DNA of 64,000 nt from Octopus vulgaris (GCA_951406725.2 OX597821.1:106454001-106518000), one strand, 5' to 3'. Numbered from the stretch's first letter, positions 25,791 to 40,591 are shown. Numbers and translations: made by a program. Notes: generated by a model from the letters alone, not told the origin.

Positions 25791-27509
25791 AAGTGCGCAC
25801 ACATGTTTGTGCTTAGGCTTAAGGTCTTAACCTGGAGCCACAACGTGGCTGACATGCGCGCACTGCATCATCCCGGATTCTTTAAGGGATGACAAGAAGG
25901 GTTTGCCGGAAATCTCCTGAAAGCGATAGAGTCACACCACCCACAAATGCTGTAGAATCCCTGATACCTTTCAGTGGTCGGTCCGGTGCCTCAAGGGCCC
26001 TCTTATTAGTCATTGTGCATTCGTCCCATACAATGAGATGGCACTGTCAACGAACTTCAGCTTCCTCTGAATTTTTGCCAATGTTGCAAGTAGGAACCTC
26101 GGCCCTCACCAAATGTAAAGGCAGCTTTAATATCGAGTGCGCCGTCATACCTTCCGGCAATAACGTAGCAGCGATTCCCGAGAAAGCAACGGCTAGCACA
26201 ATTTGTTTCTCGTGACGAATCTTAGCAACTATTAATCGTGTTACAAATGATTTGCCGGTACCTCTAGCGGCATCGAGGGAAAAGATACCGCTCGCCTATT
26301 TTTCAACGGCACTGACGACAGTTTCGGGCATCAGCCTCTGATAAGGGAGAAATTTCGGTTCATTTAGTATCAGGTACTCCGGAAGGACAGAGGTGTCATA
26401 CGACGACTACTGAAGTAACTTTGGTCGGAGTGTGTTAACATCCTGTCGCAATGAGAATGGCAAACCGAATGTGTTCAACGCCGCCCCACCCATTTTGAGC
26501 AGGGCATCCTCGATTTCAATCGGCGCATTATTGTAGATCAGGTTATTGTATCCAATGTCAGCATTAGCGTACTGTTGCGTTGCCAGTCAACATTTGCCTT
26601 GATCACCGAGAAAGCAAAATTACATACAGTGAATTTCATAAACAGAAATGAATGGAAAAAAGGTTGGTAAATTTTTAGATTAACACTTGCACGATTTTCA
26701 TTAAGAAAAAAAATCGGATTTTTTTGCGTGGACAAAACCCTTTTGTGGTCCGAAAAATGGGGTGTAGTGTGGTGGAAGCCTCGGAAATTTCATTCCCCGT
26801 ACCCATTGATCGTTTCGCCATCAATTGTTCAATATACGTGGAAAAATACGGAGATTAAGAATATGGAAAACATTTATCTTTAATCTCAAAATTACCATGA
26901 AAAACTTCAGGCAAACGTTTAGATAACACTCGCACGATTTTCTCTAACAACAAAAATCGAATTTTTTGCGTGGAATCAACTACCCTGACCTGCTAATATG
27001 CTACAAAACCCTTTATGTGGTCCGAAAAATGGGGTGTAGTGGGGTGGAGCCTCGGAAATTTTACCCATTTATATTGTATAATTCACTGACGAATTGTTAC
27101 CTACCTTTTTGTTTCTATGTTGTTAAATAAATTGATTCTAAACAAAACACTTGTTTCCTCGGCGTAAAATAAAAACAAAACTCTTTCGCATCCGAAGTAT
27201 TGTGTGTGTGAGGGGGGTGGGGTGGAATATGAACGATTTAAAATAAATAAATGATTTAAAATAAGTATATTTTAATTGTTGTGTGAGAAAGTATACATAA
27301 TCTTATTATAAAATATGGTGTCTTTCAAAAACGTCCTAATTTGAATACTATATCTCTTGTTTAAGAAAAAAATATCATTTTACATTTTTATTTTTGGTGA
27401 GCGCTGTCACTTATTTTATCACCCTCACACACGCACACATGCATCAACACAACTTCTCTCTCTCTCTCTCCCTCCCTCTCTCTCACTCTCTCTCCCTCCC
27501 TCTCCCTCA

Positions 27510-27550
<41 letters not shown>

Positions 27551-27803
27551 GTTTTCACTTCGCTATGGCAAGAAGGGACTTATCTCATGTTGGCAAACTT
27601 CAAAATTTGTAAAAATTAAGGTTGAAAATCGATTTTTACCGCTATCCACGGGTACCTCGGGAAAAATAATTTGACGAAAATACAACTAGGGTTGTGAAGA
27701 ATGTCCTAAAATCGAAGCGACATGCGTGCTAATTTGTGCACGTACCTAAATTACATTCACGTACGCACACACACACACACATATCCTGCCTTTTATATAT
27801 ATA
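25790..27803 (-). mobile_element. Helitron remnant with a PIF1-like helicase fragment
   Basis: Minus strand ~26290-26100 reads SLDAARGTGKSF...LAVAFSGIAATLLPEGMTAHSILKLPL (Walker A and motif Ia); internal direct repeat ~26660-26790 / ~26920-27060; boundaries approximate. Confidence 0.7.
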
Positions 27804-28138
27804 CAGATTTCTATAATTCTCACATTTGATTATATCTGCATTTTCATAATAATTATTACATCATAAAAGCTAATAAATTGACAGACACCTGAAATGAATG
27901 ATAGAATTTAATGCTTCATCTCTCTGACCTGTTATTTTATTCCACCAACGCCCACCTTACAAATTATATCTCTAATTAATAAAATACGCTTGAAATATTT
28001 GACAAAAATTCATCTCCCTCATTGTTTTTTTTTTTTTTTGTACTTCTGTTCTTTTCTCCACCAGTCTCACAGTTTCTCCACTCTTTCATTGAGACATTGC
28101 AGCAATCTGGCATAAGATGTGTTGTGTCTAAGCTACGG

Positions 28139-28500
28139 TGGAGGCGCAATGGCCCAGTGGTTTGGGCAGCGGACTCGCGGTCATGGGATCGCGGTTTCGA
28201 TTCCCAGACCGGGCGTTGTGAGTGTTTATTGAGCGAAAACACCTAAAAGCTCCACAAGGCTCCGGCAGGGGATGGTTGTGATCCCTGCTGTACTCTTTCA
28301 CCACAACTTTCTCTCACTCTTACTTCCTGTTTCTGTTGTGCCTGTATTTCAAGGGGCTGGCCTTGTCACTCTCTGTGTTACGCTGAATATCCCCGAGAAC
28401 TACGTTAAGGGTACACGTGTCTGTGGAGTGCTCAGCCACTTACACGTTAATTTCCCGAGCAGGCTGTTCCGTTGATTCGGATCAACCGGAACCCTCGAAG
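28139..28500 (+). mobile_element. tRNA-derived SINE of a third family
   Basis: ggaggcgcaatggcccagtgg (A box) ... ggtttcgattccc (B box) followed by a ~290 bp body. Confidence 0.75.
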
Positions 28501-28759
28501 TCTTTTTAATAAGCCACGCGAAATTTCGGTTCTGCCAGGAATGCAGACAGATTTAGGTGAGGCATTAGAATTCTATTCTTATGGATATGCTGTCACACGC
28601 TCTCAGTGATTATTTCATATTTAGGGCATGGAAAGAAAAGCAGAAGTACCTCATACTTGTTCGTCATTTCAGGTGTATTAAATACATACCAATATGGTGT
28701 ATTATCTATTTATGAATACTTTCCTGATCATTCTGAATTTTTTAATTTCGCACATGTTC

Positions 28760-29103
28760 CTCCTCCTCCATCTTCTCCTTCTTTTTCTTAATCTTCTTAA
28801 TCTTCTTCTCTTCTCCTTTTTTCTTCTTTTCTTCTTCTTCTTCTTCTTTTTCTTCTTCTTCTTTTTCTTCTTTTCTTCTTCTTTCTTCTTCTTCTTCAAT
28901 TTCTTCAACTTCTTCAATTTCTTTTTCTTCTCCTTCTCCTTCTTCTTCTTCTCCTTCTTCTTCTTCTTCTTCTTCTTCTTCTTCAACGTCTTCAACTTCT
29001 TCAATTTCTTCAACTTCTTTTTCTTTTTCTTCAACGTCTTCAACTTCTTCAATTGCTTTTTCTTCTTCTTCTTCTTCTTCTTCTTCTTCTTCTTCTTCTT
29101 CTT

Positions 29104-29170
<67 letters not shown>
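28760..29170. repeat. Compound (TTC)n/(ATT)n microsatellite
   Basis: Direct reading; explains the poly-F and poly-K ORFs. Confidence 0.9.
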
Positions 29171-29172
<2 letters not shown>

Positions 29173-29299
29173 TCCATTACCATCTTTCATTTCTGTTTTC
29201 ATTTCTTGACGAGTGTCTTCTTGACACCTAGGACAGAGAGAAATATACTCTATATATTGGTTGACCAAAAAAAAAAATAAAAAAACACACCAGATTGTT

Positions 29300-30270
29300 C
29301 ATTTACAAAGTCGTATGATAGAGAAAAAGGAGAAGTTACAAAGAAAATTTTTTTTAAATCGAATACAAAAGTAAACAAATAAATGAGAAAAAGGGAAAGA
29401 AAATTCACAGCGACAATCTTCTTCTCACTATGTGTAACGTAGCAGTTGAGGCAATCTTTTGCACTTCCTGCATGGATGGTAAGACAGGGATCATTCTTAA
29501 ATAATTTTCAGTTTCTGTTTTGATTTTTCCAATTGTTCCTAAATCACTGGACATCTGGAGATGCAACATTATTTCGATTTCGGTTAACAAATCTTTATAT
29601 TTTCTGAGCTAATCAAATTCTTTTGCCGAGATATTATGGTCATAGAAATGAAGGCGCATGGCTCAGTGGTTAGAGCGTCGAGCTGCGTGTTGTGTTCTTG
29701 ATCAAGACACTTTATTTCACGTTGCTCCAGTTCACTCAGCTGTAGAAATGAGTTGCGACGTCACAGGTGCCAAGCTGTTTCGGCCCCTTTGCTTTTCCCT
29801 TGGATAACACTGGTGGCGTTGCATGGAGAGGGGAGGCTGGTATGCATGGGAAACTGCTGGTCTTCCATAAACAACCTTGCCCGGATTTGTGCCTGGGAGC
29901 GTAACGTTCTAGGTGCAATCCCACGGTCAGTCATGACCGAAGGGGGTCTCAGTATGGTCATAGAGTATGCACATGTCAATCAGTTAACAGACTTTATTGT
30001 TTTGGTCTTTCACAACAATATCTGATTTATTTACTTTGATACACACTAGAAAATCCCAAAGAATTGTTAAGTTTTTTTCACTTAGTTACAGCCTCACTGG
30101 GGTTTTTGTACCATTTGTCCGCAGTTTTGAGTTTATACCGCCCACACATTGTCCAGTGTAGATATTGGCTAAGTCTGTCATGTCTTGATTTTTATTCTAC
30201 AGTTGCTAAAACCTTACATCCAGAGATTAGGTGGTCCACTTTTTATAACACATCGTTATCCCGTTTCATC
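29300..30270 (-). mobile_element. Degenerate 3' end of an R4/Dong-like (RLE) retrotransposon, interrupted by a SINE
   Basis: Minus-strand remnant KYKDLLTEI...EVQKIASTATLHIVRRRLSL resembles 60682-61441; (TAA)n on both sides. Confidence 0.65.
29647..29952 (+). mobile_element. SINE with 12-bp TSD
   Basis: ggcgcatggctcagtggttagagcg head; TSD tatggtcataga at 29635 and 29953. Confidence 0.85.
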
Positions 30271-30277
30271 CTATATT

Positions 30278-30288
30278 CTTATTATTAA

Positions 30289-30336
<48 letters not shown>

Positions 30337-30346
30337 CATTATTACA

Positions 30347-30418
<72 letters not shown>

Positions 30419-30471
30419 CATCATTATTATTATTACATTTTTATTATTATTATTACTATTATTATTATTAC

Positions 30472-30531
<60 letters not shown>

Positions 30532-30556
30532 CATTATTATTATTAAATTTCATTAC

Positions 30557-30595
<39 letters not shown>

Positions 30596-30668
30596 CATTA
30601 TTATTATTAAATTTTATTATTATTATTACTATTATTATTAATATTATTATTATCATTATTATTATTGA

Positions 30669-30720
<52 letters not shown>

Positions 30721-30725
30721 CATCA

Positions 30726-30764
<39 letters not shown>
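30278..30764. repeat. Long (ATT)n microsatellite
   Basis: Direct reading of the sequence. Confidence 0.95.
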
Positions 30765-30767
<3 letters not shown>

Positions 30768-30995
30768 CGTATCAGTACACATAAGTGACACTATACCACT
30801 ATGTAATACATCTTCATTAAATTAGTATTCACGTCATTGTATTCACCGAAGAAATATAAATGTTCATTTATGGGGCAGATATAACAAACGCGTTGACTCA
30901 ACCAACCCACCTCAGTTGTGAATCAATGCTTGAGACAATGCAAAATATCTGTTATCAATGTGCCATCAGTATCTTACTTATTGTGCGTGGACACA

Positions 30996-31037
<42 letters not shown>

Positions 31038-31168
31038 ACCCCAGAGAACACACTCATATATACATACACATATATATATATATTACACGCATACATACAC
31101 ACACAGACACACACACACACACACATATATATATGTATATACATATATACATACATACATACACACAC

Positions 31169-31200
<32 letters not shown>

Positions 31201-31272
31201 GCAGATAGACACGCATAGACAGACAGATAGATATATAGATAGGTAAATAGATAGAGCTGATATATATATGTA

Positions 31273-31369
<97 letters not shown>

Positions 31370-31614
31370 TCAAAATAAATAACTATTATATCCAAGGTAG
31401 AGTAGTACAATTGTTTCATACTACTTCATTTTATTAAACACTGTAAGTATTACATCAGTTTTAAAATGTCGAGCAATCTTCAGCCACATATAGAATTTTC
31501 CAATTAAACGGACAATGCACATTCTTATCCCTATTTCATTTGCCAAAATTATAAAAAAAGGTAGATATATAGACAGAGATGTTGATTTGATCTGAATCTA
31601 AATTTTGCTGAACT

Positions 31615-31657
<43 letters not shown>

Positions 31658-32005
31658 TCCAATAAGTTGTTCTTAAATAGGATTCAGTGAAGATTAACTT
31701 GTTCCAATACTTGTTCAGCAACTTGTTCCAATACTTGTTCTGATAGTTTTCTAGATCATCACTTTATCAGAGATTCATACATTCAGTGCGATCTCACCTT
31801 AGAAAGTTATTGAAATCATAATATTGCCAATCAAATATTACAACATGCTGGTCGATACAGAAAACTGTCGTGAGCTGGTTAATTGGTTACTGAATCTTAC
31901 TAGGACACATGAGAAACAATAAGATCTACAATAAAATATCTTACGTTCTCTATAGCACATTTTAGCATACAATAAACCAAAACACTGTATATGCATACAC
32001 ACACA

Positions 32006-32048
<43 letters not shown>

Positions 32049-32558
32049 GCACACACACACGCAACATATCTGAAGATAGCCAGATTAACAGCTTTAGTAT
32101 TTAAAGATTCTAAGCTTCTTGTAATGTAAGTATTGGAATAAAAATCCACGTTTACAATGAGGTACCTAATGGCAGAGCCAGTACCTGAGAGAGCTCTTGC
32201 TCTCTCTTCAACACCACTCCCATTTTTTGTTTTGTTTCTCTGGGTGTTTATGATTCTGCATGCTCTACAGAAGAGATAAATATATGTAGGTTGCATATAG
32301 GTGAGCATGTTAGTATTAATACACCTGTGTGTGCATTTTTATGTATGCATACATACATGTATAGAAAGATATAAAGATATACGATTTGTATTATGTATGG
32401 GTTGGATTTCCCGCCGAACAGGTGTTGATGTGAACAATAAAAATTGTAGGAATATTAGTAAGCAACATACATGTGTGTATGTATGTATGTATGTATGTAT
32501 GTATGTATGTGTGTATGTATGTATGTATGTATGTATGTATATGTGTATGTATGTAGGT

Positions 32559-32645
<87 letters not shown>

Positions 32646-32646
<1 letters not shown>

Positions 32647-34703
32647 TGACATCAAAACATGAATTACAGAAAGTCCTTGACCAAATATACAGATTAGAAG
32701 ACAATCTAAAACAACACTATGATGAAGAACGTAACAATGCAGAAAAGAAAGCCATAGAAAACATCAAGAAAAATCCAAAATATTTCTACAGTTTTGCAAA
32801 GAAATACTCGAACACCAAGTCAACAATAGGACCTCTCCAGAGACAAAATGGGGATGTAGTGAATAACCCTATTGAAATGGCAGAAATGTTGGGTCAACAG
32901 TATGAAAGTGTCTTCAGTGAGCCATCTAAAACCATGAAGATCCATGACCCAGGAAAATTCTTCAAGGATATCGACCATACTAAACCTACCCTATCCGACA
33001 TTGATTTCAACCCAGAAGACATAGCAAGAGCAATAGACAAGCTCTCCATGCACTCGGCTGCGGGGCCTGACGGTTTCAATGCCATGATACTTAAAAACTG
33101 CAAGGCACAATTGTCGAAACCCCTTTACATGATATGGAGGGAATCTATGGAGAATGGCAAAATACCAAATACATATAAAGAAGCACACATAACTCCAATA
33201 CATAAAGGGGATAGCAAATCAAAACCAAAGAACTACCGACCAATCTCACTGACATCACACATTATCAAGGTCTTCGAAAGAATAGTTCGTGGAAAACTGG
33301 TTGAGTTCCTGGAATCCAACAATCTGATGAATTGCAACCAGCATGGATTCAGGTTAGGTAGATCATGCCTTTCCCAACTACTGGCACACCATGACCAAAT
33401 CCTAGAAAATCTAGAGAATGGATACAACACAGATGTTATCTACCTCGACTTTGCCAAGGCATTTGACAAGGTAGATCATGGCATCCTGGGTCACAAACTT
33501 CGAAAGCTAGGAGTAGGAGGAAAAGTTGGTACATGGATACACGAGTTCCTTACAAATAGAACTCAAACAGTCACTGTGAATGGAACCCATTCAACACCAT
33601 CACCTGTGACCAGCAGTGTTCCTCAGGGTACAGTACTCGGCCCAATCCTGTTTCTCATCCTCATCTCTGACATAGATGAAGATACAACCAGCAACGTCTC
33701 ATCCTTTGCTGATGACACCAGGGTCATGAGACAAATCAAAGACGAGGTGGATACAGAGGCCTTACAAAAGGACCTGACCACCATATATAAATGGCAGGAA
33801 ACAAACAACATGTTGTTCAATGATAAGAAGTTTGAACTAATTCGCTACGGAACATATCAAGATCTGAAAAATACAACAAACAACAGAAACCCATCAGGAC
33901 AACAAATAATGGAAAAACAGTATGTGAAAGATTTAGGCATCCACATGGGAACCAACCTAAAATTCAGAGAACACCTTGACTCAGTCTGTCTTACTGCAAG
34001 AAAGTACAGCGGGTGGATCTTGCGCACCTTCAAATCAAGAGATACCTCAACAATGAAAACCCTCTGGAACAGTATGATACTTCCGAGGATTGACTACTGT
34101 TCTCAGTTGTGGTCACCAACAACAAAGGGCCAACTATCTAAGATAGAATCGCTCCAAAGAAATTTTACCTCATACTTCTCAGAAACGAGGGACCTGGACT
34201 ATTGGCAAAGACTCAAAACCTTGAGGATGTACTCAATAGAAAGAAGATTTGAGCGATACCGAATTATATACATTTGGAAAATGATAGAGCAGAAGGTGCC
34301 AAACTTTGGTATCAAAACCTACCACTCACTGCGCCACGGAAGACGCTGCCAGCTGCCACCAATCAACAAAAAGGCTGGCCAGGCAGCAAAAACCCTGCGA
34401 GAATCAAGTCTGTTGGTTCGAGGAGCACAACTGTTCAACTCCATTCCGGTACATGTCAGAAATCTATCAGGATGCAGTGTGGAATCATTCAAATTGCAAC
34501 TGGATAGATACTTAAGCACCATTAGGGATGAACCCCATCTCCCAGGATATACACAACGAGCACAAACTGACTCAAACTCGCTCCTACACATGTCAAATTT
34601 AAGCAGAGAATACAACCTGGCAACCACACCAGACTCTGAGGGTGGAGTCTTCGACTTGGCCTGAGCATGGACTCAAACCCAAATGAAATGAAATGAAATG
34701 AAA
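32646..34703 (+). mobile_element. 5'-truncated CR1/L2-type LINE with an open RT frame (to 34664) and (GAAAT)n tail, inserted in (TA)n
   Basis: NYRPISLTS, QHGFR, YLDFAKAFDKVDH, VPQGTVLGP and FADD; the N-terminus of ORF 32301 is microsatellite. Confidence 0.9.
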
Positions 34704-34723
34704 TATACATATATATATATATA

Positions 34724-34843
34724 TCACCGTGATCACCGTGACCGACCAGACTATCAGATGTTGCTACACATCGCTGGTCACAATGCTCTTTGCATTGCTT
34801 TAGCCTTCAAGCGACGCCACTCCGCTGGCTAAGCGAGCAGGCC
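34724..34843. repeat. Short interspersed repeat in (TA)n; inverted copy at ~41797-41914
   Basis: tcaccgtgaccgaccaga...gctggtcacaatgc...ggctaagcgagcaggcc is shared by both. Confidence 0.7.
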
Positions 34844-35179
34844 ATATATATATATATATATATATAGTTCAGTAAGATTTAGTCGAATATGGTACTTAAG
34901 TTAAAGGCACCAGAGTTTGGTATGGTAGTATCCATATAGTTCAAAATGGGGTGATTATAATCAAAATAAGCAACAAGAATATCCAAAGTTAATGCAATAC
35001 GATCGTTTCATGCGACTTCATTTAATTAAACAATGCAAGTTTAAAACTGATGCAATACTTGCATTGTTTAATTAAATGAAGTCGCATGAAACGATCGTAC
35101 TGCATTACCTTTGGATATCCTTGTTGCTTATTTTGATTACATATATATATAACACATCAAATGCTATGCACAAGCGATC

Positions 35180-35210
<31 letters not shown>

Positions 35211-36344
35211 TACACACACACTACTCTCACACACACGTTATCCTCACACATATACACACCTTCACATGCACACACACATACATACTAGTACATGTAACGC
35301 CTATTCCTCCACATAATGTACATATTGCGTCTGTTATACACACACACACACTGGTCTACAATTTCTTCAGCTTGACCACACATGATTATCACACACTCAC
35401 CTGCATTCATAGATACGCACTCACATACACCATTCTCACAGACACACGGGTACGCGTCAGTAAATTCCTTCGACCGGGTCACCGTCATTACCTCCCTTTC
35501 ATTTCAACCTCTTTCTTCTGGCTGTTTTCCTCATGTTGAAAATTTAATCCCGACACATTTTTTTTTCTCGCTCTCCGATCTTTCTTTTTCATTTTCTCCC
35601 TTTTCCTACCTCTTAATATTTTCTGTCTAAGAGCATAGGATTGAAATGTAAAAGACCATTCTTCCAGAGCAACCTTGAGAGTGGTCGTGAGAGGCAAAGT
35701 ATATGACTCTACTAGATTCTCTTCGCACCACAGCGGTCGGAGGACAAAAAGCTTCTTTCACAGACGAGTGCAATATTTGTATGCTTTATGCGAGACGACA
35801 TCACATCCTGAAGCACTCTTTGTTCTAGCTTTTCTCACGAAATCATTCACCATTTTCTCCCTGATGTCCTCAATTTGAAGTTCGATACCAGGTTCTAAGA
35901 GATGCTTTAGCCCATTTTCTTTTTTTCTGTTTATTTTTTCTTTTGTGTATTAGCTCTATTTTTCTATTTGTATATTTTGTATTTTGATTGTAACTGTATT
36001 TTGTATTTTGATTATAATTATATTTTGTCGGTCACTATATCTATGGTTTTCGTTTAAACTGTAAACAGATGAGAATGACTCTTCTCCTTGGGTATGCGCT
36101 ATCACGTTGAGTAAAATGGCCAAAAGATCTAACGAATTTTTTTTTAAATACTAATCTGAGGATGCGCATCGTAGAACTGGGATAGAAAATAATCATTGCT
36201 TAACATCTCACTTATGTTCTAAAGGTGTGAGAATATGTCGAAACAATTTCAATGATTTCAAATAAAGAATGCCATCACCTGTTAATTCCATAATATATTT
36301 ATCTATATATCAATATATCTATCGATTGATCGATCGAACTACCG

Positions 36345-36378
<34 letters not shown>

Positions 36379-36387
36379 ATCTATATA

Positions 36388-36462
<75 letters not shown>

Positions 36463-36847
36463 ACACACACACACACACACACACAGAGGCATATATATAA
36501 ATATATCGTACCAGTGCACATAAAGGAGACAATACCACTATGAAATACACCATCAGTAAATTAGTGTTCACGCTACTGTATTCACCAAAGAAATATAAGT
36601 GTTCATTTATGGGGTAGATATAACAAAAGCATTGACTCACCCAACACACCTCGGTTGTGAATCACTGCTTGATACAATACATGCTAATTAATATCAATGT
36701 AACATCAATATCCTACTTATTGCATTTGTGAGAAATGAACTGGCAGCAATATAAAGCACTGCACAATATATAGATAGATTCAGATAGATAGATGAATGGA
36801 TGGATGGATGGATGGATGGATGGATGGATGCGTGGATGGATAAATAG

Positions 36848-36906
<59 letters not shown>

Positions 36907-36909
36907 ATA

Positions 36910-37092
36910 TATTTGTCTTTATTAGCCACACAGGGCTGCACACAGATAGAACAAATTACAAGGTAGAGCTTTTCTTTTGAATGTTTAAAAAAAAAGAAAA
37001 AAAAAAAAAGTAAGGGGGAGTTTCGATCAAAAGGGATCGTAAAAGGAGAGAAGGAGGACAAAAAAAGGGGGTTAAAAAAAGGGGAGAGGAAG

Positions 37093-37125
<33 letters not shown>

Positions 37126-38850
37126 CAATAGGGATCGTTATCACAGAAATGTCAATATGAAGTGTAAAGGGGAGGACAGGTGAGGTTTACCCGTGGAAAG
37201 AAAAGCCTACGGAAAAGACCACGGTAACCTCGGTCAATGAAGTCACATTTTATATTTCTTTTTTTTTTTTTTTTTTTTTTTGCAAATAAGCAACTCTCTG
37301 TTTTCGATTTCTGGGTTCATAGGACTATGCTCAAGGTGGCTTCGTCATTCATACGTGCCATTCTTGCTACATTCACCCATCTTTTTTTGAAACATTCGCT
37401 AGACAAAACTTGCCTCTCTACTCTCACTTTCCTTTTCAAGTGGTACTTGAAGAAGTTGATGAGAGATTGACCAGAGAGGAAAGTGTTTGTCTCCAATCCT
37501 TTCAGACGCGTCCACCAGATACATTCTTTCGCCATAGCCACAAGGATGATGAAAATAGCTCTTCCTTCCCGTTTGAAGGAAGGAGGCGTGACAATATTGA
37601 CGATAGACTCAGCTGATAAACCGACTCGTCCCACACGTGACAGCAGTTGTTCGACATAAGCCCACAGGTCGGAAATTGTTGGACACTGAACGAGTGCGTG
37701 CAGAACGGTTTCGTCGCTCTGACCGCATCTCGGGCAGGTCGGCCCCGTGTTTCTCGAGCCGTGTCTGTAGAGCTTATCCCGAACGGGTAGCGCTTCTCGG
37801 TAGCACTGCCAGGCCAGGGATCTCTGGAAGTTGTCCATGGGCCCTGGCCCGAAAGTCGTCCTGAACAGGCGGGTCAGGTACTCCTCGTCGACGTCCAGGT
37901 TCGCCCCGAGCTCGTCGTCGTACCTCCCCTCCACTAAACCCCTATAGAATGCTTTGGTTGTGTTGAAGTCACTTAAGGTCGACCCAGGACGGCAGAGTTG
38001 CTTGAGAGCAACGCGACACTCGCGGTGCCATTCGCCCTTCCTCGGCCTCTTTTTGATCCACGACTGCAGTTCGGTCATGGAGACGAGCTGCGGGAAAGCG
38101 TGCCTCACAAACGGCGACCACACCTGTTCACCGTCGTCTACATAGAGCCAGAGATGTCGCAGTCTCAGCGCGTGTCTGCGCATCATCAACCACGGCATGC
38201 CCAGCCCTCCTTTTAACGGGTGTTGACAGCAAATGGATCGCCTGACCATCGGGACGCATCCTTTCCACAAGAAGCGAAAGAGGATGCGTTGTAGTTTGGT
38301 GATGGTAGGGTCGGGACAAGGTACGACGGTCAGGCGGTAGTAGATGACGGACGCGATGTACGTGTTCGCCACCTCCGCTCGACCTTTTAGGGACAGTTTC
38401 CTCTCGGCCCATTGCCGGGCGAGAGTGACCACCCTACTCGTTATCTCGTTCCAGTTCTTCTCCACTTGGAGGTCCGGGCCAAACCAGACCCCGAGCAACT
38501 CAACCGGGCCGTCGGTCCAGCGTCCCACGACGGAGGCGCTGGTGGACGGCATGGGCTTGCTTCTCCAGGTGCCTAGTCGCAAGCCCACTGACTTTTCCCG
38601 GTTGATTTTCGCTCCTGTCACCGCTTCGTAGTTTTTCAGTGTCTCACCGACCAGCTCGATGTGCTCGTGGCTTGACACTATGACGGTGACGTCGTCCGCG
38701 TATGCAGACACGCTCGTCCCGCATCCCAATTCTCGCGGGATGCCCCTTAGAGTCGCCAGCTTCCGCAGTAGTGGCTCAAGAGTCAATACGTATAGAAGCG
38801 CCGATAGGGGGCATCCCTGACGGACCGAACGTGCAATGTCGAAAGGTCTC
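36910..38850 (-). mobile_element. 5'-truncated Tx1-like LINE related to 9730-15631
   Basis: ORF from WIAALY through YADD to the C-terminus is open and very similar; 3' end agccctgtgtgg...aataaag. Confidence 0.9.
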
Positions 38851-39306
38851 GATAGATGTCCATTTACGCGAATTACCGAACGGATGCCTCTGTACAAGGC
38901 AGCTATCCAATAGCTAGATAAGTAGATAGATAAGAAAACAGATAGATAGACAAATAGACAGGTAGATAGATAGATAGATGAATAGTTAGACAAATAGACA
39001 GATAGACAGACATCAGACAGGCAGACAGATAGATAGGTAGATAAATAGATACATAGGTAGGTAGGTTAGTAGGTACGTTGGTAGGTAGGTAGGTAGGCAG
39101 GCAGGCAGGTATGTAGCTAGGTAGGTAGGCAGGTAGGTAGGTTGGTAGGTAGGTAGGTGGGTATGTAGTTAGGTAGGTAGGCAGGTAGGTAGTTAGGTAG
39201 GTAGGTAGGTAGGTAGGTAGGTAGGTAGGTAGGTAGGTAGGTAGGTAGGTAGGTAGGTAGGTAGGTAGATAGATAGGTAGGCAGGTAGGTATATAGATAG
39301 ATAGAT
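38851..39306. repeat. (GATA)n/(GGTA)n microsatellite complex
   Basis: Direct reading of the sequence. Confidence 0.9.
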
Positions 39307-39637
39307 ATTTATATTGATATAAGCATTAAGAAGTGTTTGTTTAAGAAATAGATTTTGACTCTGACATGTCTTAAGATGCTTTGTGGATGATATTGTAATT
39401 TTACATCCATAGCAACAGATTTGAAACAATATCTGATTTCAAAGACTCCGGACAGCATATATCTGCTTTATCACGTTTCTTGTTTAATGTTAGTACTTCC
39501 GTGAGAAGGAAAGCAGTGCAGCATAGTAAAACAGAAAAAATAATGAGTAACTAGGTATCTAACAAAGAAATATAACTTGTGCGATTGCTGCTTTTCATAT
39601 AGAAGTAACGTGTAAAGAAGTCGTAATTACAACAAAT

Positions 39638-40591
39638 ATGAAACTAAATGAAACTCGTTTCTTTAAAATGCTGGAATTTTATCGAAAATTTAACACTATA
39701 AGGACTGCAAGTTTGAAAATGTCATCGGTGAAATCTTTTAAGTTTAAAACTATTTGTTTGCAAATTTTTTATATACTCCTCTCCATGCATATTACTTTAG
39801 ATCCTGTTCGCCACATTGTTGCCTTATTGGAACTGGAATCTTCTCACCCTCATGTAATATTCTTATATATATATATAGTATTGTACCGGAGTTTTACCTC
39901 CTTGTTTTGTTTGGTGAAGCACTTCAGAGGATCTAATGTCAAGCAGCTAATTGAAATATACACCAAACTGGAAATTAAAGATGAAGATGAAAAATATTAC
40001 AATTCCTTTTTAATATATTCATATAGAAGATTATCAATATTAATAGCTTTGAGTGTCATTTGTAGCCTAATTATGCATCTTATTTTGCCACTACTCAGTC
40101 TTGATTTGTTGATGTTCTTTACATATCCTGTACCAAACCATATCACATACATCATACCTGTTTTAATAGTGCAGGTTGTATTTAATTGCATATCCTTTAT
40201 GTCCGTGGTAATTGACCTCTATGTAAATCTTACAATTGTTTTCACGCTTGTTCATGAATTTAATAAGGTGTCGCACGAGGCACAGCATTACATAAAGGAA
40301 AATCAATCGTCGAATGCATTTCTTATCAAGCATCATAGAGACATTACCGAAATATGTAACACCCATGATACTCTTTCTTCAATCCTGACATTGGTAAATG
40401 AATCATTGCAGATTATTTCAGGATATATTGTGTTCAGTAGTATTACGAGCTGCACTATTCTTACTTATGGAATTATAAATGGTTTATTGGGAAGTAACAA
40501 GTATTTATATGTATATGTATCTGTGATAGCATCCGGTTATTTCTTGTATTGGATTGCAGTTTTTTGGTGTGGAATTCGTATACACCGAGCG
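39638..40591 (+). CDS. Gustatory-receptor-like large first exon V3 (318 codons)
   Basis: Intact paralogous ORF ending GIRIHRA|GTAAGT (40592), phase 0. Confidence 0.8.

Noticed and set aside
28139-28215. tRNA-like sequence (also at 29652)
   Set aside because: These are heads of SINEs, with a SINE body and, at 29652, a TSD; they are not tRNA genes.
28694-31419. ORFs rich in poly-F/K/I/Y, YI or HT repeats, here and throughout the window
   Set aside because: They are translations of microsatellites.
32301-32645. N-terminal 115 aa of the 787-aa ORF
   Set aside because: Chance open frame through (TATG)n/(TA)n upstream of a 5'-truncated LINE.
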